Shown one piece after another: positions 18,367 through 27,587 of a stretch of DNA of 46,224 bases (position 1 is the stretch's first letter; the number at the start of each line of letters is the position of its first letter). The notes under the pieces are model-generated. The model was given only the letters and a program-made list of their open reading frames with translations, searched no databases and was not told where the DNA came from. The DNA is from Candidatus Saccharimonadota bacterium (GTDB lineage: Bacteria; Patescibacteriota; Saccharimonadia; Saccharimonadales; AWTP1-31): positions 1 through 46,224 of the forward strand of contig JAPLYT010000002.1 in the NCBI GenBank assembly GCA_026395435.1. Reading direction: 5' to 3'. A program made the position numbers and the translations under genes.

Positions 18367-19374
18367 ATGGCAATTGAGCGAATAGTTACTGCAACGGAGG
18401 TACCAGACGAGGTTGAGCAAGATCTCGAACAGACCGTCCGTCCGCGTGATTTTGATAATTACATCGGTCAGAAGCGGCTCAAACAAAACTTGAAGCTTGC
18501 CATTGATGCTGCCCAAAAACGTGGTGAACCGCTTGACCACATCCTGTTGTACGGCCCTCCTGGCCTGGGTAAGACAACGATGGCCAGTGTAATTGCTAAT
18601 GAAATGGGCGCTCAGATACGCATCACCAGTGGCCCCGCTATCGAACGAGCTGGAGATTTGGCCAGTTTACTGACAAATCTTCAGGACGGCGATATTCTTT
18701 TTATCGACGAAGTCCATCGCATGCACCATAGTGTCGAAGAAGTTTTGTATAGCGCGATGGAAGACTTCAAGCTTGATATAATGCTCGGCAAAGGCCCCAG
18801 CGCCAAAAGTTTGCGACTCGATCTGCCAAAGTTCACGCTCATTGGGGCAACTACCCGAACGGGATCCCTGGCAGCACCACTCCGGGATCGTTTCGGAATG
18901 ATTCATCGACTTGAATTTTATACACCAGCCGAGGTTGCGCAGATCATCGAGCGAACGGCGAGTATTTTACATATCGGCATTCATAGCGAAGCGGCTGGTC
19001 AGCTGGCTGAGCGGGCTCGGTTGACACCTCGAATCGCCAACAGATTACTCCGACGAGTTCGCGATTATGCCGATGTGAATGGGGACGGGATCATCGATAC
19101 GGTCATAAGTAAAAACGCCTTAGAACTGCTTGAAGTAGATGAGCTTGGGCTTGATCCAGGCGATCGCATGCTCCTACTCGCGATCATTGATAATTACAAT
19201 GGCGGTCCCGTGGGTGTCGATACACTCGCTGCCCTCACAGCAGAAGAACGCAGTACCATTGAGGACTTCTACGAACCGTATCTTATGCAGATTGGTCTAT
19301 TAGAGCGTACCACTCGCGGTCGTAAAGTTACGCCAAAAGCATATAAACATTTAGGCAAAACAGCCCCTGCATAA
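18367..19374 (+). CDS. ruvB: Holliday junction helicase RuvB
   Basis: [45 protein letters not shown]. Confidence 0.97.
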   Translation: MAIERIVTATEVPDEVEQDLEQTVRPRDFDNYIGQKRLKQNLKLAIDAAQKRGEPLDHILLYGPPGLGKTTMASVIANEMGAQIRITSGPAIERAGDLASLLTNLQDGDILFIDEVHRMHHSVEEVLYSAMEDFKLDIMLGKGPSAKSLRLDLPKFTLIGATTRTGSLAAPLRDRFGMIHRLEFYTPAEVAQIIERTASILHIGIHSEAAGQLAERARLTPRIANRLLRRVRDYADVNGDGIIDTVISKNALELLEVDELGLDPGDRMLLLAIIDNYNGGPVGVDTLAALTAEERSTIEDFYEPYLMQIGLLERTTRGRKVTPKAYKHLGKTAPA

Positions 19375-19439
19375 TAACTGTCACGAAATAGCTAAGCTTG
19401 AGCCACAATTTAATAAGAAATACTGATATAATGGGCGTA

Positions 19440-20270
19440 ATGAATCCTCCAAAACAAGATTTTTCAATAACCCTTGGCCAAATAAACCCTAATGAAAAAC
19501 TACTTGCCGTTATTAAGCGTCATCCTTTTGGTATTGTGAAATTATACGTCCAAATGCTTGTCGGCGTTGTTTTTGCAGGAGGCCTGATCATGGTTCTTTT
19601 GCCTCAACTTATATCGCGCGAAGATAATCCAAGTGTGTATGTTGGGGTAGGAATCGTTGCAGTGATAATCATCGTCTTTTTGATATTTCTTTTGGCTGTC
19701 GCTACTGTTATCTACAGGCGAAATAAACTGGTTGTAACCAGTGAGACAATTACACAGACCTTACAGCTTGGGCTATTCAACAAAAAGATTTCACAGCTCG
19801 CAGTATCGAACATTGAGGATGTTACTGCCCAAAAGTCAGGGTTTTTCCCAACGGTACTCAACTACTCCCGATTACTCATTGAAACTGCAGGCGAACAAGA
19901 AAACTTCTATTTCGATTACTGCCCGTCGGCAGACCATTATGCCAAGCTTATTCTGGAGACGCGACAAGCATTTTTGTCTGGACGTGAGTTTGAATTTAAT
20001 GTTCAAAATCGAGGTCAAGCGGGCTCGATGCCCCAGAACGGCGCACAACAACAACCTAACCTATATGCTCCCGCTGGTCCTGCGCCTGGGCAATATGCAC
20101 AACCAGCATCACCTCAATATCCTGACCCCAGTCAGGTACCGGCTCAGCCATATCCTGCTGCCCCTAATCCTGTCATGAATCCTGGCCAGTACAACCCGGC
20201 CCAGCCATACAATCAGAATCAACCGCAGCCTCCAGTAGATCCAAATCAAGTTCCACCAACCGGATACTAA
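19440..20270 (+). CDS. Membrane protein with bacterial PH-like domain and Pro/Gln-rich tail
   Basis: Two TMs then IEDVT...LLIETAGE; low-complexity C-terminus; TGATATAAT-N7-ATG. Confidence 0.7.
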   Translation: MNPPKQDFSITLGQINPNEKLLAVIKRHPFGIVKLYVQMLVGVVFAGGLIMVLLPQLISREDNPSVYVGVGIVAVIIIVFLIFLLAVATVIYRRNKLVVTSETITQTLQLGLFNKKISQLAVSNIEDVTAQKSGFFPTVLNYSRLLIETAGEQENFYFDYCPSADHYAKLILETRQAFLSGREFEFNVQNRGQAGSMPQNGAQQQPNLYAPAGPAPGQYAQPASPQYPDPSQVPAQPYPAAPNPVMNPGQYNPAQPYNQNQPQPPVDPNQVPPTGY

Positions 20271-20285
20271 CCCCGGAGGGCAATA

Positions 20286-20738
20286 ATGCATCGTATCTCA
20301 GATAGCCGCGGGTTCTCGAGTGTCGAACTAATGATCGCACTTTCACTCTTGTCTGTTCTCATTGGGATTGGTTTTTTATCTACCATGACACTTCAGAGGC
20401 GAGATCGAGATACGAAGCGAATGAACGATATCGATGCAATCCACAAAAATGTTGAATCTTACTTTGCCAAAAAAGCCTTTTATCCAACACTTGATGCTAT
20501 TAATAGCAAAGTATGGCTCAAAGAAAACCTACCACTACTTGACTATGATTCTTTGAGGGATCCGCTTGGAACTGAGCAAAAGTTGGCCGGTAAGCCGGCA
20601 GGAAATGTCTATAGTTATGCGGTCACGGCTGCAGATGGGGCAGGGTGTGATAACGTTACCGTTATGTGTAAGAAGTACACGCTGACTGCCGTCAAACAAG
20701 AATCAGGCAAATTCTATGCAAAAAGTAATATCAACTAA
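20286..20738 (+). CDS. Type IV pilin / pseudopilin
   Basis: RG|FSSVELMI prepilin cleavage motif with E5; RDTKRMNDI; C-terminal Cys pair. Confidence 0.88.
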   Translation: MHRISDSRGFSSVELMIALSLLSVLIGIGFLSTMTLQRRDRDTKRMNDIDAIHKNVESYFAKKAFYPTLDAINSKVWLKENLPLLDYDSLRDPLGTEQKLAGKPAGNVYSYAVTAADGAGCDNVTVMCKKYTLTAVKQESGKFYAKSNIN

Positions 20739-21381
20739 GATACGATTTCAATTTTGCTTTGTCAGTTAGAATGATGAGAGATTTATCTACCACCACCATG
20801 CCCTTTTTCACCAGCGCATTGAGCTCACGACCAGTAGTTTCTCTAGTGGCATTTATGGAGCTTGCGATATCCTGATGGCGCAGCGGCACATCGATCAGAA
20901 TACCTTTGTCGATCTCTCTGCCGAATCGCGCTGCCGAACCAAGTAAAAAAGAAATCAAGCGTTCCCGAACGGTGCGATATTCGAGGGTCATTATTCTCTC
21001 TGAATGTATACGATACATTTCTATGGTCATGTCGAGGATTGGCGCCAGAGCATTGGGATGATTATTTAGATAATCCAGATATTGTTTTCGGCTGATCTTC
21101 CAGACCTCGGTAGGTGTTAAGACTTCATAGATTACGCTTCGCTCTTGCCCGGTTATTGCCCAAATAAGGGGGAAAATTTCTTGATCTTTTCGGATTATGA
21201 GCAAGTTTTCTTCACCATATTTTGTGATGTCAAAAGCCTTCACTAACCCTTTCTCAATATAAAAAACCGCCGAAGGCATTTCGCCAGGGCGGATAATAAA
21301 TTCACCTTTTTTATACGTAAGCCGGGTACCTAAATGGAAGGTATCTATAAGCGATTGAGACTGGGAATTTGAGGCCAACAT
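20731..21381 (-). CDS. Crp/Fnr family transcriptional regulator
   Basis: cNMP-binding-type N-domain (YKKGEFII...IEKGLVK); HTH HQDIASSINATRETTGREL. Confidence 0.92.
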   Translation of the reverse strand: MLASNSQSQSLIDTFHLGTRLTYKKGEFIIRPGEMPSAVFYIEKGLVKAFDITKYGEENLLIIRKDQEIFPLIWAITGQERSVIYEVLTPTEVWKISRKQYLDYLNNHPNALAPILDMTIEMYRIHSERIMTLEYRTVRERLISFLLGSAARFGREIDKGILIDVPLRHQDIASSINATRETTGRELNALVKKGMVVVDKSLIILTDKAKLKSYLS

Positions 21382-21431
21382 GTATGTATTATGACACGAT
21401 TTTTTTATCTTTCAATACATACCGATAGCGT

Positions 21432-21447
21432 TGTGATGTAGCTCACA
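21432..21447. promoter_or_regulatory. CRP-type binding site
   Basis: Perfect TGTGA-tgtagc-TCACA between the Crp gene and the divergent gene. Confidence 0.8.
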
Positions 21448-21523
21448 GACACTAGGCGATTAGGTTAACGGCAATATTGATTCTCGAAGCATATAGTAGG
21501 TATTGTAAGAGGAGGTAAAAATC

Positions 21524-22156
21524 ATGGTAGACAAAAAGATCGTTCTGCAGCAGTTGGCACAAATCGGTGCTACGACATCATTCTGGGGACAACCCGAGCT
21601 TAATGAGCTACCCAACATCCTCATCGATGGTGAAGAAATTCAACACATTCTTAATGGTTATTATCATGGGGGATTCGCCACTCTCTGTGCAACCAACATG
21701 AGGTTATTACTCATAGACAAAAAGGTATTCTTCCTCAATCTCGAAGATATCAGATACGATATGATCGCTGAGGTTGATTACGGCCACCAATTTATGGGAG
21801 CTACCATACATATTCGAAGCTTTAGTAAAGACCTCAAATTCCAGAGCTTTAAACAGAAAGAATTGCGCGACTTCACGAACTTTATCCAGAAGCGTGTTAT
21901 GGAACTTCGAGGACACCAAGTTGAGAATCGCCAAGCACCTATACCTACAAGTAACCGCTCAGGTGCAATCCCACTGCAAGTATTTGAGACGGGCAGTACA
22001 TCGCTCACCGACCTTCAGGCAGAAACACTTGTCCCAATGGACCCTGCAATATGGCAAAAAGTCAATGAAGCCCGTCGCCAGGTGAACCCGTACGCCCAAA
22101 CGCCCCTCATGATCCGTCGTCGAATAGGACGCTTTAGTAACGCAAACAACAAATAA
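21524..22156 (+). CDS. Bacterial PH-domain protein
   Basis: ELPNILIDGEEI...LCATNMRLLLIDKK...IRYDMIAEV; strong RBS GAGGAGG. Confidence 0.72.
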   Translation: MVDKKIVLQQLAQIGATTSFWGQPELNELPNILIDGEEIQHILNGYYHGGFATLCATNMRLLLIDKKVFFLNLEDIRYDMIAEVDYGHQFMGATIHIRSFSKDLKFQSFKQKELRDFTNFIQKRVMELRGHQVENRQAPIPTSNRSGAIPLQVFETGSTSLTDLQAETLVPMDPAIWQKVNEARRQVNPYAQTPLMIRRRIGRFSNANNK

Positions 22157-22159
22157 ATA

Positions 22160-22420
22160 CTAGGCTGACATTTGTTCAAGTCGTGTGATTCTGACTTCAT
22201 GGTCACGAAGCAGCTCATCGTAGACTTCATTGGATACTGTTATGGCTTCAGCAACGGAGAATGATAGGTCTTGAATCGTCTCTTCAACTCCGTTGATTCG
22301 TGCGTCGACCTCATCAAATCTTTCATCCATCGCATCAAGGCGCTTATTGAGGTCATACGACTGTTGCGCAAAAAGCGCAGTGATAAATTGTTTGAAATCG
22401 TCAATAATTTCCTGGTTCAT
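22160..22420 (-). CDS. Small coiled-coil hypothetical protein
   Basis: Heptad pattern RLDAMDERFDEVDARINGVE...HEVRITRLE; TGATACACT-N6-ATG. Confidence 0.7.
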   Translation of the reverse strand: MNQEIIDDFKQFITALFAQQSYDLNKRLDAMDERFDEVDARINGVEETIQDLSFSVAEAITVSNEVYDELLRDHEVRITRLEQMSA

Positions 22421-22496
22421 AATCTCAGTGTATCACTTTTTGAAATGAATAAAATTGCTCGTGTAAAAGAATATTTTGCTTTGCAAAATGCGCCTC

Positions 22497-22668
22497 CGGG
22501 TGGAGAGAATAAGCCTACGGCTTGCGAACTGCAGCAGTGCTCGGAATTCATTCCTGCGCCCCGCTTTGTTCTTCGAGCCTCCCGTCAGCTCACTTGCGTT
22601 CGCCACGAGAGTTCGTTTCTCTCCGAGACAAAGCAAAAGACCCGCCCCTTTGGACGAGTCTTTCACTT
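22497..22668 (-). repeat. tRNA-Gly-tailored downstream element
   Basis: Terminator 22636-22663; antisense copy 22605-22624 (19/20); T-arm-like copy 22573-22586; core CTCGGAATTCATTCCTGCG 22540-22558; exact 14-bp tRNA copy 22497-22510. Confidence 0.8.
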
Positions 22669-22743
22669 TGGTGCGGGTGGAGAGAATCGAACTCTCGTCC
22701 TGAGTTTGGAAAACTCATATACTAGCCGTTGTACGACACCCGC
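22669..22743 (-). tRNA. tRNA-Gly(TCC)
   Basis: Reverse complement GCGGGTGTCGTACAACGGCTAGTATATGAGTTTTCCAAACTCAGGACGAGAGTTCGATTCTCTCCACCCGCACCA. Confidence 0.92.
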
Positions 22744-22921
22744 GAACAGAGGTGATTATACCATCCCGAGGACTAATTGCATACTGGAATATTGGTGATA
22801 AAGAATACTCTTAGGGCTATTGTGCAATGATTTGGCTTATCTAGGATAGCATATTTAACAAGCACTCCTGTACGACGAACAGATGAAAATAGGGTATAAT
22901 ACGGTGGTTGATAAACCGTGC

Positions 22922-22998
22922 GCCCTGGTAGCTCAGCTGGATAGAGCAGGAGACTTCTAAGCTCAAGGTCATAGGTTCGAATCCTATCCGGGGCACCA
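22922..22998 (+). tRNA. tRNA-Arg(TCT)
   Basis: GCCCTGGTAGCTCAGCTGGATAGAGC...CTTCTAA...GGTTCGAATCC...GGGCACCA; A20; TATAAT upstream. Confidence 0.9.
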
Positions 22999-23030
22999 AA
23001 TAATTAAATCTCAGCTTGTCTGGGATTTTT

Positions 23031-23885
23031 TTATTGCTCTGCTGGCGTTGGGGGTCTTTGACTGTGAATGTCGTAGGCCATAGTGAGGTCGCGCTGCATG
23101 TTGGCACGAAGTTGCTCAGTGAATTCGGTAGGATCAGAAATCTTTTCAACTATTGGCTGGCCAATAAATACGGTTGGATCTTTCAGGTTTCTGTATGAGT
23201 CATCATGGCCGTATGCCATCCCGGCACTTACAACAAGTACTTCTCGCTCAAGATCGAGCAGATTTTCATAGAGGATACCAAATCCACGGCTCAGGGTACG
23301 AACTTTGGTGTGATCTTCGCCTGGGTGCGTGAAGCCAGTATCATCAACTCTTGCAACTAATGTTCTTCTACCTTCTGGAAACCCTGCTAAATGATATTTA
23401 TCGCGTCCTGTTTTATTCAAGCCGAGTTGGATTGATGAATCCGAGGCACGTCTTTGGAGGAATCGTTGCGGTGAGCCTTTTTCGCCAACACCGTCAGATG
23501 CCCTAAATACAGGATATGATCCTAGTTCATCAATAGCCATTCGTTGTAATCGCCCAGCTTTGCCAGCCATCGAGAACAGTTGTGGCTTGGCCATAATTAC
23601 CGTTTTGCCGACCATTGGAGCGAAAACACCTTTTGTATTGACCATGCTTGCAAGATTGTACTGATCTACGTCAGAGTCGTGATTGGTGACTATTATTACT
23701 TGTGCTCCGTTACTGAGCTTTTCGGCGATTACTTGTTGAGCATCTGGAGCAAATGAAACATCTGGATGAAATGCCTTGCGCATGAGGAAGTGCCCTAGAT
23801 GCGCGAAGTTAGTATTTGGCCCGCGCTGATCGTAATAGTCATAAACGGCTTGATAATTTTCCATAGTAACTTCTGGTCTCTTCAT
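23031..23885 (-). CDS. PlsC-like lysophospholipid acyltransferase
   Basis: NHDSDVD (HX4D), MAKPQLF, PVFR, FPEGRR. Confidence 0.78.
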   Translation of the reverse strand: MKRPEVTMENYQAVYDYYDQRGPNTNFAHLGHFLMRKAFHPDVSFAPDAQQVIAEKLSNGAQVIIVTNHDSDVDQYNLASMVNTKGVFAPMVGKTVIMAKPQLFSMAGKAGRLQRMAIDELGSYPVFRASDGVGEKGSPQRFLQRRASDSSIQLGLNKTGRDKYHLAGFPEGRRTLVARVDDTGFTHPGEDHTKVRTLSRGFGILYENLLDLEREVLVVSAGMAYGHDDSYRNLKDPTVFIGQPIVEKISDPTEFTEQLRANMQRDLTMAYDIHSQRPPTPAEQ

Positions 23886-24011
23886 GAGCTTGAGTATACC
23901 AGAGCCTTTGAGCTTTAGAAAACGCCCACGCTTACTATGGGGTTGCCTTTCTGGCGAGTTCTTGACTGCTTGTAAAAAGCTCCATTAACAGATATAATAG
24001 GCCAGTTATAT

Positions 24012-24089
24012 GGCGGGCTTAGCTCAGTTGGTTAGAGCGCCGGGTTGTGGTTCCGGAGGTCGTGGGTTCGATCCCCATAGCTCGCCCCA
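24012..24089 (+). tRNA. tRNA-His(GTG)
   Basis: G-1, acceptor GCGGGCT/AGCTCGC, C73, anticodon loop TTGTGGT, CCA. Confidence 0.95.
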
Positions 24090-24332
24090 AAACAATATCC
24101 CCAAGCGAAAGCTGGGGTTTTTGTTTTGGGAGGGGTGAGAACCCACGACCCATATTTTGCTACCACTACTTAAGCAAACATTCATGTTATCAATGTAGTC
24201 TATAGATATTGACTCGGAAGAACCGCGTCAATGCGCTTTGAACAGCCGGCAGCAGTGTCGTGTATGTAGACTTTCGTTTACTAGATACTCGGCAAGAAAA
24301 GCGCACTATTATGTAAAAAAAAGGAGAAGCCT

Positions 24333-24914
24333 ATTAACACTCGAATCAAAAAATCATTATTGGTGGGAGGTGCCGTGGCAGCAGTTGGATTAGGTAGTTT
24401 AGGAAGTGTCGGTATTGCAAATGCCGCAACAAAGACCAACACAAATCCTCAGCAAAGTCTGATCGAAAAGCTTGCAACAACCTTCAAACTTAATAAGGAT
24501 GACGTCAAGAAGGTCTTTGACGAAGAGCATGCATCGCGTCAAGCTGAGCATACTGCCGATATAAAGACCAAGCTCGATGCAGCAGTCAAAGCGGGTACGC
24601 TTACGCAAGCACAAGAAGATAAGATTATCGCAAAAGCTGCTGAGCTACAGATGACCCGCCAAGCAGATATGGACGCTTTTAAAGATAAGACACCTGCTGA
24701 ACGCAAAGCAGCCATGGACGCAAAACGGGCTGAAATAGACAAGTGGATAAGCGATAATGGTATCCCAACTGAATTTGCTCGTTTTGTCATGGGTGGTGGC
24801 CCTGGTGGTCACCGTGGCCATAGAGACCCAGAAGGCAAGGGTGGCGGAATGGGTCATGGCGGTATGATGCATGACGACAACGACTCAGACACCAAGGCAC
24901 CATCAGCAAACTAA
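24333..24914 (+). CDS. Secreted helical hypothetical protein with Gly/His/Met-rich tail
   Basis: Signal-peptide-like N-terminus; LTQAQEDKI repeat-type motif; start uncertain (ATT 24333 after AAGGAG, or TTG 24360). Confidence 0.7.
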   Translation: MNTRIKKSLLVGGAVAAVGLGSLGSVGIANAATKTNTNPQQSLIEKLATTFKLNKDDVKKVFDEEHASRQAEHTADIKTKLDAAVKAGTLTQAQEDKIIAKAAELQMTRQADMDAFKDKTPAERKAAMDAKRAEIDKWISDNGIPTEFARFVMGGGPGGHRGHRDPEGKGGGMGHGGMMHDDNDSDTKAPSAN

Positions 24915-24942
24915 ATAACTAATAAGGAGGGTAGACAAAGAC

Positions 24943-24974
24943 ACCACCGGATGAAATATACCGGTGGTTTTTAT
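24943..24974 (+). terminator. Intrinsic terminator
   Basis: ACCACCGG-atgaaatata-CCGGTGGT followed by a T-tract. Confidence 0.65.
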
Positions 24975-25042
24975 ATGTCATTCACATGCCTAAGCAATCA
25001 TTGCTTTACTCTGTTATAATATGACTAAAGAGGAGAGCGTTT

Positions 25043-26905
25043 ATGAAGAAACTATTTATTAAAATTGTTCGATTTTTTAAAGAATATAAGCAATTCGGAT
25101 TTGTGATTATTTCTATTGTGATAGCTGGAGCGCTAAGCTTACTCGGTAAGCAATCTGCAGCACACCTCGTGCTTGCGGTGAGTGCTTTCGCAAATGTCAT
25201 TCCATTGGTATGGGGCATGGTCCAAGATCTGAGAATGGGAACCTACGGAGTTGATATCCTTGCTGTTACGGCTATTGTGAGTGCAGTCTTGTTCAAAGAA
25301 TATTGGGCCGGAATTATCATCGTCTTTATGCTTTCCGGTGGAGCTGCTCTCGAAGACTATGCAGAACGTCGAGCCCAGTCTGAACTTACCGCGTTACTTG
25401 CTCGTGCTCCTCAAAAAGCGCATGTTATTCGAGGACGAAAAGAACTCGATATACCCGTATCAGAAGTTGTGGTTGGCGATCGAATCTTGATTAAGCCAGG
25501 CGAAGTGGTTCCAGTAGATGCAATCATTTTGGAAGGTATTTCTGACTTTGACGAATCAAGTCTCACGGGAGAAAGTTTGCCTGTTAATAAAACCATTGGC
25601 CAAGATCTACTTAGTGGATCTATCAATATCGACGGGGCTATTACGGCCAAAGCACTCAACACTTCAGAAGATAGCCAATTTAGTCAGATTATTAAACTGG
25701 TGAAGTCTGCTCAAGCAAGCAAATCTCCGTTCGTTCGTATGGCAGACCGATACGCCGTTCCATTCACACTACTCTCATTTACCATCGCCTTGGGTGCTTG
25801 GGCGCTCAGTGGCGATAGCCTTCGCTTCTTGCAAGTCTTGGTCGTTGCAACACCATGCCCGCTTATTCTCGGTGCTCCTATTGCCATGATAAGTGGTATG
25901 AGTCGTGCTGCAAAACACGGTATTATCATCAAAAATGGATCAGCGCTCGAGCAACTCGCGGGAGCTAAAACGTTTGGTTTTGATAAGACAGGGACGCTCA
26001 CGCAAGGCACTCCTCTCGTTAAAGACATCATGGTCTATGGTACCTTCAAGAAAGAAGACGTCCTTAAAATGGCAGCAACCTTGGAGCAAAGCTCTAATCA
26101 TGTGCTTGCCAGTGCCATCGTTTCGCGGGCCAAAGATGAAGGCATTAAACTTGCTAAGGCAAAGCACATCCGGGAAATTACTGGTAAGGGACTGGAATCA
26201 CACATAGCAGGAGTCGATGTCCTGGTGGGACGATTCAGTTTAATCGAAGAGATGAAGGTAACACTACCTAAGAGCTTCAAGCAATCGCAGATTGCGACCA
26301 CTGCAGCCTACGTCGCCATTGGTGGATCACTTGCCGGCGTTATAACCTTCGAAGACGCAGTGCGACCTGATGCTAAGAAGACCTTAGCTCGTTTGAAAGA
26401 ACTCGGCGTTAACCACTTTTTGATGGTTACGGGCGACAACAAAACTACTGCGGGGTTAATCGCAAAACATTTGGGTATTGATCAAGTAATCTCAGATGCA
26501 TTGCCGGGCGATAAACTGCGAGCGCTCGATAATGTTGCGCAGAAGCCGGTTGGATTTGTCGGTGATGGAGTCAACGATGCGCCAGTACTCACCTCGGCCG
26601 ACGTGGGTATCGCACTTGGTGCTCGTGGATCTACCGCAGCCAGTGAATCAGCAGATGTGGTCATTATGCTCGATAACTTTGAGCAAGTAGCCATCGGCGT
26701 AGACATTGCCAAGCGAACCATCCGAATTGCCACGCAAGCAATAATGACTGGAATCATTATGAGTACCGTTTTGATGTTCATATTCGCCACTGGAAAATTC
26801 CCACCAATCTACGGTGCTGCCATTCAAGAGCTCGTCGATGTTGTGGTTATTGTCTATGCGCTGCGAGCTCATGGTCCTTGGAAGAAGCAAGACATTTTGT
26901 CCTAG
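25043..26905 (+). CDS. Heavy-metal P-type ATPase (P1B-5-like)
   Basis: LTGES, TPCP, DKTGTLT, GDGVNDAP, QAIMTGIIMSTVLM, QELVD. Confidence 0.92.
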   Translation: MKKLFIKIVRFFKEYKQFGFVIISIVIAGALSLLGKQSAAHLVLAVSAFANVIPLVWGMVQDLRMGTYGVDILAVTAIVSAVLFKEYWAGIIIVFMLSGGAALEDYAERRAQSELTALLARAPQKAHVIRGRKELDIPVSEVVVGDRILIKPGEVVPVDAIILEGISDFDESSLTGESLPVNKTIGQDLLSGSINIDGAITAKALNTSEDSQFSQIIKLVKSAQASKSPFVRMADRYAVPFTLLSFTIALGAWALSGDSLRFLQVLVVATPCPLILGAPIAMISGMSRAAKHGIIIKNGSALEQLAGAKTFGFDKTGTLTQGTPLVKDIMVYGTFKKEDVLKMAATLEQSSNHVLASAIVSRAKDEGIKLAKAKHIREITGKGLESHIAGVDVLVGRFSLIEEMKVTLPKSFKQSQIATTAAYVAIGGSLAGVITFEDAVRPDAKKTLARLKELGVNHFLMVTGDNKTTAGLIAKHLGIDQVISDALPGDKLRALDNVAQKPVGFVGDGVNDAPVLTSADVGIALGARGSTAASESADVVIMLDNFEQVAIGVDIAKRTIRIATQAIMTGIIMSTVLMFIFATGKFPPIYGAAIQELVDVVVIVYALRAHGPWKKQDILS

Positions 26906-26912
26906 TTACTGC

Positions 26913-27542
26913 TCACACTAAACTAAAAACAGCAACTATCAATAAGGGGACAAGCACGTTGTCTATTCCTAAAATGCCGAGATTTTCAACAGCAGCCGTC
27001 ATGAATGGAAGCGCCGCTAGTAGTGCTAAAGACATGCCTCGTGGCTGGTGGGGAATAGTGGCGATGAGAATCGCATAGGACACCACAATAAACGTTCCGG
27101 TCCCTATCAGACTCCTCGAGAACCCCAACACTTTGTATGAATTTCGTTTACCCCATCGTGAGCCAACCAGCCCAGCCAAACCGTCTGCTAAACTCATATG
27201 TAGTATGGCAATTGTAAATATCCACGGATTTTTAGTTAATGTGGCTGTTAATCCAATACCGAGAGCGTACAATACATCTCCCCACGTGTGTCTTTTGACC
27301 CCGTTGATAGCATGAAAAATATGATATCGGTGTGAAATATAGACAACCACTAGTAACGCCAAGCTGATCAATTGGATGGTCCACATGGCCATAAAGAAGG
27401 GCCAAAACGCCACATAGCTGCCGATGAGTATATGCAGGAATTTTCGGGCTGCTTCACCACGAAGTTTTTTTGTGCGCCATAGAAACTCCGATACAACAAG
27501 CAGTATAAATATCGGACCGATGGCCAGTATAAGATCTATCAT
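26913..27542 (-). CDS. Dolichol/phytol/diacylglycerol kinase-like (CTP-dependent) membrane protein
   Basis: RKFLHI, ADGLAGLVG, RSLIG, GIDNVLVP motifs of the SEC59/DGK1/VTE5 family. Confidence 0.8.
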   Translation of the reverse strand: MIDLILAIGPIFILLVVSEFLWRTKKLRGEAARKFLHILIGSYVAFWPFFMAMWTIQLISLALLVVVYISHRYHIFHAINGVKRHTWGDVLYALGIGLTATLTKNPWIFTIAILHMSLADGLAGLVGSRWGKRNSYKVLGFSRSLIGTGTFIVVSYAILIATIPHQPRGMSLALLAALPFMTAAVENLGILGIDNVLVPLLIVAVFSLV

Positions 27543-27587
27543 TGGTGTATATTGTAGCATTTTGTAAACGATGTTTTTTGATTTAGA

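Noticed and set aside
20030..20270. DNA tandem repeat
   Set aside because: Reflects Pro/Gln/Asn low-complexity protein coding, without a regular nucleotide period.
22497..22687. Classical prophage/island attL-attR pair at tRNA-Gly
   Set aside because: The 14-bp repeats are only ~177 bp apart with no integrase; better explained by the tRNA-tailored element.
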